DNA from: Podospora anserina
Taxonomy: Eukaryota
DNA length: 64,000 nt
Assembly (NCBI GenBank): GCA_017654855.1
Contig: CM030335.1
Coordinates: forward strand, 806,001 to 870,000
Direction: 5' to 3'
Position 1 is the stretch's first letter, and every line of letters begins with the position of its first letter. The position numbers were made by a program, and so were the translations under genes. The notes under the pieces are model-generated. The model ran no database searches, was not told where the DNA came from, and worked only from the letters and a program-made list of their open reading frames with translations. This document shows positions 37,521 to 47,314 of the stretch, one piece after another.

Positions 37521-38952
37521 GATTGATGCGTGGGCTCCTTGTGCTGATATAAAAGAGTGAAAAACAGCCGAGGACAAGAGAGAGGGGTGAGCACCCTGGG
37601 AACAGCTTCGTCTAGCTTGGTAAACGAGAGGAATGGTCTGGAGATCACGGCAGAACTTTTTGGGCGGAGGATGGGGTTCTTATCTGCGGTTTGAGGATGT
37701 TTTCGGACCTGCGAAGTGTTCCGTTAGAGTTGAGACAGACTCAGTGGGACCATTCGAGGATCTTGCCTGGATATCCAGTCAGGTGAAGCTGCAATCGATG
37801 CGGACTCCGGTCAACTGGGTCCATGACGAGGGACGACTGCTGGAAATGTTGTTCTTGCTGTGTTGTTGACATCATCCCCGGATCAAAACGGGGTCGAGTT
37901 TCGGAAGATGGAATTGAGTTTGGGACCAGACATAGCCACTGGCGTCGGAGAGAACCAAACATCTGGGAAGATCGGGTCGATTTTGATGTCTTGAGAAAAA
38001 GGTCTGCTGGCCCGATGCGGAGCTTGTTGAATGTCTGGAGAATCTGCCCTGGCCGGTTATTTTGCTGCTTTGAGATGGCAAAGACTCTGGTTAGACTTCC
38101 TTTCGGGCCGCATCCTCAAAGCCAATGGCGGAACTAAGACTCTTGGTATGAAGCCCCATTGAATTACGCATCCGCACACATCCGCACACAAGATGCCGAC
38201 CCCCTCTTCGTTTCAAATACCAAATAAATCCTTGAAGTGCTCTTTACTCAAAACTACCCTGGGTCAACATCTGTAGACCGATGGTGAGGTGAAAGTTCAC
38301 TTGCACTCTCTTCATCGCGTGTGGCCCCTTCCAGAATGTTCTCCAGTATTGCCCTGGCATCCTCCTCGGCTGGGCCGCAGTCATCGCCTTCCTCGTTGCC
38401 TGGCTTCAGAGACCCGCGCCTGTCACTCATCAACCACTCAGATGTCTCAATGCCAACACCACGCGGGTCCGGGCGATGTCATTGAGTTGCTGCCTGACAA
38501 AAGCACAGACAAAACGCACTCTCTCTGAAATCGGCGAGCGTGCACTGAGCGCCCTGATCCAAGTATAAAATAAATTCTCCTGTCAGAAACTTCCCTCTCC
38601 TTTCTTTTTCTACTCATGGTTCTTGGTCCCCATCACTTGAGCCTTGACCTCTCTAAGTGTCTTGGTAAGAGGCGAGAAACCTGGCGGTCTTTCACATACT
38701 TGGATATGTATCTTGGATAGTGTATGCGAGTGTGGGGGGCAGTTGGGTGGATCTTGGATGGGTGACTGAAGCTGTTGGTGGTGTAGTGTATCATAGCCAA
38801 GTTGTTGATATTTTTGGAACCTTCTCTCTCCCTTCTGGGAGACTTGCTCTTTTTTTTCACCGGAATCATTGCTTTGTGATGATCTGGGGAGGAAAGATTC
38901 GTGGCATGACTCTTTGGAGTGTTACCAAGCATTTTATGCAGCTATCTACCGG

Positions 38953-41900
38953 CTAAGCCCTAAGCCCTTTAAGTCCGCCGTACTCATCTTCTGATTCATC
39001 GTCACTAGTCTCAGGTGTGCTCCTGTATGATACCTCCTGACCGCCTCCAGCATCCTCCTTTACTTCAAACCCAGGCCCTACCTTTTCAAACTCGTGTTCC
39101 TGTGCATGTATGAGGTGCCGATTTGGATAGCCTTTGAAACAAAAGCAAAACTCCACACCTGTTTTGTAATTGTATTGGTACCCGCGGATTGTCTATAGTA
39201 TGAAGATCAATGTTAGAATAAATCGTGTAGACCATGAAGGAGTAAGGAGTAGTAAAATGTATGTGAGGTGCCAAGGCAGTAGCTCAGGTAACTTACGCAC
39301 AGGCAACAGTCGTACACGCTTTCTCTTTCGAATCCCTTTTCACTGGCATGCTCCTCCCCTTCGAGTATTGGACCAAGATCTTCCTGGAGACCACTGCACA
39401 AGACCTGAATAACGTCACTTTGCACAACCCGAGAGAATCTAGCGATCTTTATGGGTGTCCATTTTTGATCGCCAAAAACACAACGACGGATTGGTTTGCG
39501 CCATGCTTCAGAAGTAGGCTGGTCACCTTGAGCTGATCTCCAGGTTCCCCTGGGTTCATATCGTCCAGCCAGGATTCTGTACCGCGGGCTGCCCAGCAAA
39601 GAGGAGTCCAACCGTCCAGATCAGTGGCGTCGACATCGATCTGGCCTCCAGAAAGGAGCATTTCTACAACCGATGCACGGCCTGCCGTTGCTGCCCAATG
39701 TAGTACCGTTCGATCACGACCGTCCGTAGTCTTGATGTCAGCCCCGGCTCGAAGAAGCGCTTGAATATTTTCAATACCTCCACGGCCTGCGGCCATATGT
39801 ATCGGTGAGCGACCCATGCTATTCCTCACGTCAGGTTTAGCTCCATTCTGTAGAAGGAGGTCTATAATACGACTCGGTGCGTTGTATGCGGCGGCAATGA
39901 TGGTGTACCCAAATAAACCTCCTGGTGCGTTTGTCAGCACCGTGCTCAAGGAGGTAGTGCAAAATCTTGTCACTCGTTCCAGAATTGTAGCCTGGGTCAT
40001 CAGACTCATACCCCAGACACACTGCCGATAGAGGCACACCGTACAGGACATCAGACGCTTAATTGACATTGGTCTTGTGTTCCACGAGAAGTTTCACCAT
40101 ATCAAAGTCAGATGTGGGACGGCAGGGCGCTATCAGAGGTGAACCATAATAGGGATGGGCCTTTATCGACCTGTGCTCCCCGCTTGAGGAGATACGTTGC
40201 CTTTTCGATGTCTCCCGCCTCAGACGCTCGCCCAAGAGGCGTAGCCATAGCCTGGTCATTAATCAGGTCAATATGAGCACCAGTGTTGACAAGTCGTTTG
40301 TATATGACCATGTCCGTTCTCATGACATGCTGAGGAGCCTAGCCGTCATTATCTGTAGTATCCAAGTCAATCTTAGTGGGAAACTTTAGCAGAGCACTTA
40401 TAATCTCGATATCGTTATGGAATATAGCCATTATAAGCAGCGGCTTATAGTCGTTTAAGGGGCCCGTCCAGCCGAGGTTAGCTCCGTGTTCCGCCAGAGA
40501 TCTAACTCCATAAACTATTCCGATTTTAACAGTAAAAGCTATCACTATCCAGCCTTTTAGATACCTATCTACAAGCTCTACAGTTTAATTAACTAATACA
40601 CTATATTCCAGCAGTAAGTCCAAACTAGTATTATACCGGTTAGCCGTAGTTAATATTAGAGGCGTAAGCGGAACCTTTACTCGTAGGTTTGGGTCTACGC
40701 TATTTCCAGAAGGATACGGATAAATTCAGGGTGTTAGTTTTAAAAAGTACTATATAAGATCCTGTTTTTTTGATCGAGATTTAAGTAGTTGGTATTTGCG
40801 CTCTATTAAAGTGGAAGTTCCAAAGCACGAGGGTTGGAACCTTTTACTGTAACAAAATGATAAAGGGCAGGATCTCCATTCTTATCTATATACTGGACGT
40901 TGGCGTTGCGAGATAAGAGTGTATTAACGATTTCTGCCTGTGGGCCGCTGGTGTTATAGGCGGCACACATCAAAGCGGTCATCCCTGAAGAGGATATCTG
41001 GGAATCGACATTAGTGCCCTTTCCAACAAGTAGCCTCATGGTGTCGAGAAGGGTTGTTTTGTTGGTGGAAGAGCATACAATGTTTATGATGATTGGGGTC
41101 TCATCATCTGGATTGTTTGGCTTTGCCCCAGCTTCAAGTAGTATTTGACAAAGATTTGTGTGACTCCAGGCTGCAGCGCAGAAAAGTGCGGATCCCTTTG
41201 GACTCGAGGAATTAGGATCGGCTCCATTCTGAAGCAATAGCTCTACGCATCTTTGATGCCCCTCGTAGGTTGCTGATGCTAGTGGAGACCATTCCCCTTT
41301 CTGGTGACCCATGTTTGGATCAGCTCCAGCATGCGGAAGCAGCTCGGCAACTTTGTGGTGTCCCCAGGTGCAAGCCTGGTATAAAGGGGTGCTACCCTCA
41401 TTGCTGGTACCCTCGAGGTTAGGCTTTGCTGTTTCGATAAGCATTTTTATCATGTCGGCGTCTCCATTGCGTGCAGCAAGGTGCATTGCTGTATTGTCCT
41501 GGATGGTATTGTAGTTGATATTCGCACCATGTTGCAATGGAACCCTTGCGGCTTTCTTTTGCGAGTTCCAGACAGCCTGGTACAGCAACGAAATGGGCCT
41601 CGGTTCGGTCATCACCTGTGCTTCAGTTTCCACCGGACAGCCAAGGGTGAGCATCTTGTCCAGAAAGCGATCTAGACCAAGACAGGATGCCCTGCGCATT
41701 ACGTCTGCTGGCCAGAGGCTACCGCAATCTGTGGAATACCTCGCAAGTATATGGTCCACGATCTCAATCAGCAATGTCTCGTTCCCAGAGGCTTCAGCGG
41801 CAGACAGGGTGTTGATCAGCACGTCGCTAGAAAGGTCGAATGTGTGCAGTATATCTCTTACCACATGACGATGGCCTTCATGTGCTCCTTCCAGCAACGC

Positions 41901-42890
41901 GGGGACTGCACCATTCTGGTCTGAAGGCTCCAGCACATCAATCATCCTATGACTAGCAAATAGAGTGAGCAGTGCTTTCGGTGGCTGAACGCTTCGTGTC
42001 ACGGGGTTGGAATAAGCCCAATAGCCTCCGGTCAAAGTATTACCAATCTCTCTGCCAACAACCCTCTTGAGGACCGACTGTCGGGTCCGCAAACTGGAAA
42101 CCTGCGCCAGATGATGAACCCACGCTCGTAGAGCATATGAGCACATGCTGCCATCCGTAGGGAGGTATCACTCTAGTTCTCTTGCTTGGCCCGCTTTTGG
42201 TGCCAGGAATTCCTGCACTTTTGGGAGACATAGGTGGTCGAGACAGGCCGTAGCAATTATTGGATGCGCAGACTTCCGGACTTTGTCCCAGAGGTAGCCT
42301 GAATCGTCACCGCCAATGGTCATCAGAACATCTCTTAGTCGTGGATGGGCCAGTTTCACCTCGTTGTGGTCGATTTCGAAGATCCCAGCAAGATTTGTTT
42401 CGAGGCTTCGTCTTGCTTCCTCTACACTTTCGAAGCCCGAAGAAAGATTATCCGAATCCAATTGCATTGCAGTTGAGAGCTCTGCGATTGTGAGAGGCCG
42501 GGCGGCGTAAAGAGTCCAGGTCAACAGAGCCTTCAAGAAATACTGGTCTGGAAAACGGTTGAACAACGTGTCCAGTAACACGAAAAGAGCTTTGTTGCTG
42601 TCAGGTTGAGCATGTGGTTCAAGGGAGTCAAACAGTGGCTGAGACGAGAAACTATTCGGCCGTCCCTCCTCGACCCTGGCCTGAGCCAGTATGATTTGTC
42701 GTATAAGGGGGTCCAGCCCGGCGGTTTACCGATATTGTCTTCAAATGCCAGTCTCTTGCCCGGTCTGAGCATCGGGGCATAGGCGCTAATTCCAGTTTTT
42801 GTCCATGAGTGTGAATCCATCATTAGAGGTAAATCCGAGATTGTGTGCGGGCAGGTTGATTCAGATAGATCCTGGCACAATATCACCAAC
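38953..42890 (-). pseudogene. NLR-like (STAND-type) pseudogene: winged-helix + ankyrin repeats + degenerate ZZ-type zinc finger; NACHT part missing
   Basis: WHD motif LLTWTLYAARPLTIAEL...VKLAHPRLRD (42168-42581) and YALRAWVHH. Many ankyrin repeats (TAMHLAARNG, TPLYQACTWG, SPIHMAAGRG, TVLHWAATAG, TPLCWAARG). The spliced C-terminus (intron 39296-39193) reads YDCCLC-TIRGYQYNYKTGVEFCFCFKGYPNRHLIH. Broken into at least 6 ORF pieces by stops and frameshifts. Confidence 0.85.
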
Positions 42891-43114
42891 TGACAAAGAC
42901 GCCCCCGACGCGGTGCGCGGCGCTAACCCTACCACCTCATTGGACGATCACGGAGAACCAATCATAGGCATTTGGCCCCCAACTACTGCCTAAATTCCGT
43001 CGCACCCAATGAACAACGCACCGAAAACAAATCCTGCGACAACGAAGTGTTGCATACAAGACCCATTCGGCTGACCACCCCGACACCCAGCCTTTTCCTC
43101 TTCCCCACTTCACC

Positions 43115-44572
43115 ATGGATAAGAAACAAACCTCACCGGAGCTCTCGCAAGCTGAGCTTCCGCCAGCCCAAGAAGAGCAGGATCCAGCAAATCCACCGTC
43201 ACGAAAACGACAGCTAGACAGCGACGACGACGCCGAACCACGGACAAAGCGAGCGCGATTAACACGGCAGAACCTCGCACGCTTCAACAAGATGGGCAAG
43301 AAGCAGCCCTCGGACCCCTCGGACGATTCGGGATCGACGAAGACCATCTCCACAACGGCGTCTGGTTTCGCTATCCAGGCCCGAAAGAATGGTATTCTCG
43401 AACCACGACACTCCCAACCACCCACAAACCTCCAAGACCTCCACGAACGACACGCCCGGTCCCGCGAGTCAGCCTCGCCACCCGAGTCTGTGTACAAGCA
43501 GTACACCAAGAGGGCCGGGCAAGCCAGGAACGAAACAACCATGGTCATCGAGACCAGTAGGAGGCTGTTGAAGGAGTACGACGACGAGGGCTATGCGAGA
43601 GAATTTAACCAGGCATTTACGGGCTATCCAAAAAATGTCGGCTTCAATAATGGCTTATCTACTCCACAGCCCGACTTCGTGGAGGGACTCGAGATGGAGG
43701 AGTACCTCCCGTTCCCAGTCGACGAGTATATCGCCGGAGCCGTTCTTTATAAAGACGACCCAGGTTCCGTGACGCTGCCACATATAGCGGGAGAGTGGAA
43801 GGGCCCCGCGGGAGACATAAGAGAAGCAGAGCTGCAGAGCCGATATAACGGAGCAGCCCTGGTCCACGCAAGGAACCAAGCTCTTTCCTACATAAGAAAA
43901 TCTGACCCTCCTGGTCACGCCGAAATTACGACATTCACTACGAACGGCAAGAACATTAATTTCTTTGCACACTATGCGGCTAAATCAGAAGACGGCACGC
44001 TCGAGTATCACCAGTTTCCTATTAAGTCGACGAGTTTAGTTAACTCTCATGGAGAACATAAGGAGGGCCGAAGGGGACTCAGGAACGCCCAGGACTACGC
44101 CAGGGAACAGTCGTATGCTCTGAAGGACCAGTTGAAGGAGCACTACAAGCAGCGTAGTAGCGGCCTCCACCCTATCGCCGAAGTGGTGCCAACCTTGCCC
44201 GTACCGGGCACCGAACCACTGCACGTATACGACAACGAAGACGACTATAAAGTCGTCGAACACCAGCCTATTCACCAGCCGACGCCGCTTACGTCATCCA
44301 AGCACAAAATAAGCACGAAGCACTCTCACCATTCGCACCACTCGCACTCGACGCCGCACTCGTCGAAGGCTCCTTCATCCACACATAGTTCCACCGCCAG
44401 TAGCGAACAAAAACAAAAGACCTCATCCTCGCAGGAATCGTCAGCCAGTTCTTCCAGGCACAAGTATAAGAACTACTGGAAGAAGGACGTAAAGAGCGGA
44501 CGTTATTACCACGTGCATTCGAATGGTACCGTCTCTTGGCTTGACGACGACGATGACGACAGACACGACTAA
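43115..44572 (+). CDS. Intronless 485-aa protein with a PD-(D/E)XK restriction-endonuclease-like core
   Basis: Open ORF with CACCATGG start context. NLS-like RKRQ..RTKRAR. Core motifs N-E (ARNET), PQPDF, HIAGEWK, AELQSRYNGAALV, TFTTNG, FFAHY, EYHQF. Ser/His-rich tail. The fold call is inferred from motif order. Confidence 0.75.
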   Translation: MDKKQTSPELSQAELPPAQEEQDPANPPSRKRQLDSDDDAEPRTKRARLTRQNLARFNKMGKKQPSDPSDDSGSTKTISTTASGFAIQARKNGILEPRHSQPPTNLQDLHERHARSRESASPPESVYKQYTKRAGQARNETTMVIETSRRLLKEYDDEGYAREFNQAFTGYPKNVGFNNGLSTPQPDFVEGLEMEEYLPFPVDEYIAGAVLYKDDPGSVTLPHIAGEWKGPAGDIREAELQSRYNGAALVHARNQALSYIRKSDPPGHAEITTFTTNGKNINFFAHYAAKSEDGTLEYHQFPIKSTSLVNSHGEHKEGRRGLRNAQDYAREQSYALKDQLKEHYKQRSSGLHPIAEVVPTLPVPGTEPLHVYDNEDDYKVVEHQPIHQPTPLTSSKHKISTKHSHHSHHSHSTPHSSKAPSSTHSSTASSEQKQKTSSSQESSASSSRHKYKNYWKKDVKSGRYYHVHSNGTVSWLDDDDDDRHD

Positions 44573-45100
44573 GTACGGTCGTTGGGACATCGACTATAGA
44601 AGAGGGGAAACCTGTTACAATCTGCCAAGACATGTTAGTGTTGTAAGTACTTGACTACAGTTAGTTACGATACTGCGGTAAAATATAAAGTTAGGAGTGA
44701 TTATAAGATATTTAACTATAGGGCAATAGTATCAAAATAAATAGCATAGGACTTACGAGCAGGGAGACACTAGATAACCAGGCAGTAATAGCACCTAAAA
44801 TAGAACCTATAATACAGGGTTTTAGATGGGTTAACGGACATAGCTATCTAATAGGCTGAAGCTTGTTGCTTAAGAAGTATTTAGGAGTAATAAGTTTACC
44901 TTCGCTGCTTATATTAATCTCTGCCTAAATAGCTTTTAATTTAAGTGTTTATTTAGTTAAAGAGAGAAGTATGACGAACCTCTGTACAGAACCTTTGAAA
45001 GGGATATTGGTTAAAAGTAACTTCTGATAATTAGTCCGGTGTAACTAAATAGTATATAATAAAATAGCTCAATCACAATAGTTCAAATACTACGATTGTG

Positions 45101-46056
45101 TGTTACAGTTAACCTAACGGCAGGTCGCGCTATATGTGGGGCGTAGGTCGCCCCTAGCTAATCATTAAGGAAGCTAGGGAACAAGCTAATTAGGCCAGGA
45201 CAAAAGTGCTATGGCGCTAAGGCTTACGAGCAGTCTGCAGGATGCAAGATGCTAAGGGTGATTAGAGGCATAGCACGACGAGCACGTTGCAGGATGTAAT
45301 GTGCTAGGGGTGATCGGGGCTATAGCAGGGTGAGCACTTTACGGTCCTAAGGTCTATATATACGGAGGAACTAGCTAGTGTAGATAGATAGTTCCGCAGT
45401 ATGTAATTTAGCTTGTATTTACGGTATTTAGTATTTATATTAAGATATTTTATTGTGTACTATTTAGCTGCACCGAACTAATTGTTAGAAGTTACTTTTA
45501 ACTAGTATATTACGCCCTAAATATAATAACCCTGTAAAGGAACTACTAGGTGGTTCCCGAGGTGCTGGGATACTTTAGCTAATCATTAGGCTAGGGATAG
45601 GAAAACCCATAAAGTCCCTATGTAACTAATTAGGAGGTGCTTAGTTTAATTAGTAATTAAGATTATTAAGTATATTAAATATATCGATTATAAAAAATTA
45701 TTTAGTTTGCTTAGCCGCTAAGATTATTAAGTATATTAAGTAAGGTATAAAGATATTTTAGAAATATATATAGATAGCTATATATAAATAGGAGGGAACG
45801 CCTAGCGCTCTCCGTATTAAGGAATCTAATTTTTTACGTAAGTAATTAAGTTTATTTATTTATAATTTACTTTTAAGTAATTTTTTATAGAACAATCTAT
45901 TATTAATAGTGAACCCCTTATCTAAAACGCTTATTATAACCTTCGATTATCCTATTATATTTACTTCTAGCGTATTACTTTGCAGTTTATATTTATTCCT
46001 GGTGCAGGTTGTAATATAGTATCCCTTTTAGAAGTTCTGTATAGGGGTTCGTTATA
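45101..46056 (+). mobile_element. Solo LTR B (type-1 5' half, 442 bp net) inserted in LTR A
   Basis: TGTTACAG...GGTTCGTTATA termini. 5-bp TSD TTGTG (45096-45100) / TTGTA (46057-46061, RIP variant). Homologous to the LTR at 47315-47808. Confidence 0.88.
45508..46016. mobile_element. Solo LTR C (different family, 509 bp) inserted in LTR B
   Basis: TATTAC...GTAATA termini (RIP form of TGTTAC...GTAACA). Perfect TSD TAGTA at 45503-45507 and 46017-46021. LTR B resumes directly after it. Confidence 0.88.
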
Positions 46057-46298
46057 TTGTAATTTATATTATATACTGCGGAACTATTTATTTATATTAA
46101 TTAGTTTCTTTATATATATAAACTTTAGGACCGTAAACCGTTAATTTATAGACGGTCCTCAGTCCACTCTTAATTAGCCGATATTAGACTGTAGACCGTA
46201 AGCCTTACCGCGGTCCCCGGTTTTTATTTTATTAGTCCGTTCCGTCCGCTTAGACCGTAAGCCCCGCTTAATCGCTTAGTCTAGCTTTAATTAGTTCG

Positions 46299-46699
46299 TG
46301 TAACGAATCCCTGTATAGAACCTCTAAAAAGGATACTAGTTAAAAGTAACTTCTGATAATTAGTTCGGTGTAGCTAAATAGTGCACAATAAAATGTTTTA
46401 ATTATAATAACTAAGATACTACGATTGTGATTTGTAATTACATACTGCGGAATTATATATCTATACTAGCTAGTTCCTCCGTATATATAGATTAGTGAAC
46501 CGTGGACCGTTAACTTATAGACGGTCCTCGGTCCACTCCTAATTGGCCGATATTGGACCGTGGACCGTAAGCCCCGCCGCGGTCCCCGGTCCTTATCTTA
46601 TTAGTCCGTTCCGTCCGCTTAGACCGTGAGCCCCGCTCGCTCGCTCGGTCCAGCCCTAATTAGTCTATCGTGGCCCCACTATCTTCCAGAACCGTAATA
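46299..46699 (-). mobile_element. Solo LTR D (type-2 5' half, 401 bp)
   Basis: TGTAACGAATCC...ACCGTAATA termini. Shares the 3' module (GTTCCTCCGTATATATAG on +) with B and H, and the GC-rich 5' module with A. No matching TSD. Confidence 0.82.
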
Positions 46700-47314
46700 A
46701 TATAGAATAATATTAAGCTTAGCATTAGGTCTATATATACGGAGGAACTAACTAGTTTAAGTAAATAGTTCCGCAGTATATAATATAAGTTACAACTATT
46801 AATATCTTAGCTATTGTGATTAAAATAAGCTATTTATTATATACTATTTAGCTATACCGAACTAGGATTATTTAGAAGTGCCTTTAACTAGTATCCCTTT
46901 TAAAAGTTTTAGATAGGGGTTCGTTATATATTTACTTAGAGCTAGCTTACTATCTTTAAGAAGTAAGGAGGTAGTTAGGGCTTTTATATTACTGTAAGTA
47001 AAAGCGTAGTCGAGACTTTTTTAATAAAATATTTATTAGAGGAAAAGGTTTTTTTACTTACGGGTAAGATTTTAGTCCTTTTAATAAATAAGTTTAGCCG
47101 GTTATCTGCTATTAAACTAGTTACTAAGTATTAACTTTAAGACTTTATGTAACGAACCTTTACATAAAACCTCTAAAAGGAATACTCGGTTAAAAGTAAC
47201 TTCTATTAATTAGTTTAGTGCAGATAAATAATATATTATAAAATATCATAATATAAATATTAAATACTGTAAATATAAGTGTAACGAACCTTTATATAAA
47301 GCCTGAATTAAAAC
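46700..47314. mobile_element. Fragments of the same LTR family (E + about 46700-46928; F - 47148-47279; G - from 47280)
   Basis: Repeats of GGTCTATATATACGGAGGAACTA...GGTTCGTTATA and of TGTAACGAACC starts. Confidence 0.75.

Larger units (their letters stand above)
44970..46298 (-). mobile_element. LTR copy A (type-2 5' half), interrupted by LTR B and truncated by LTR D
   Basis: Starts TATGACGAACC, a variant of the reverse-complemented LTR end GGTTCGTTACA. Resumes at about 46062 after the B insertion. Collinear with LTR D. Confidence 0.8.

Noticed and set aside
37633..38930. Short ORFs between the secreted-protein gene and the NLR relic
   Set aside because: Could be another gene remnant, but I could not assemble a frame or recognise a motif.
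43115..44572. Spok meiotic driver or Starship captain
   Set aside because: No C-terminal kinase or Cys-rich region as in Spok, and no tyrosine-recombinase motifs recognised.
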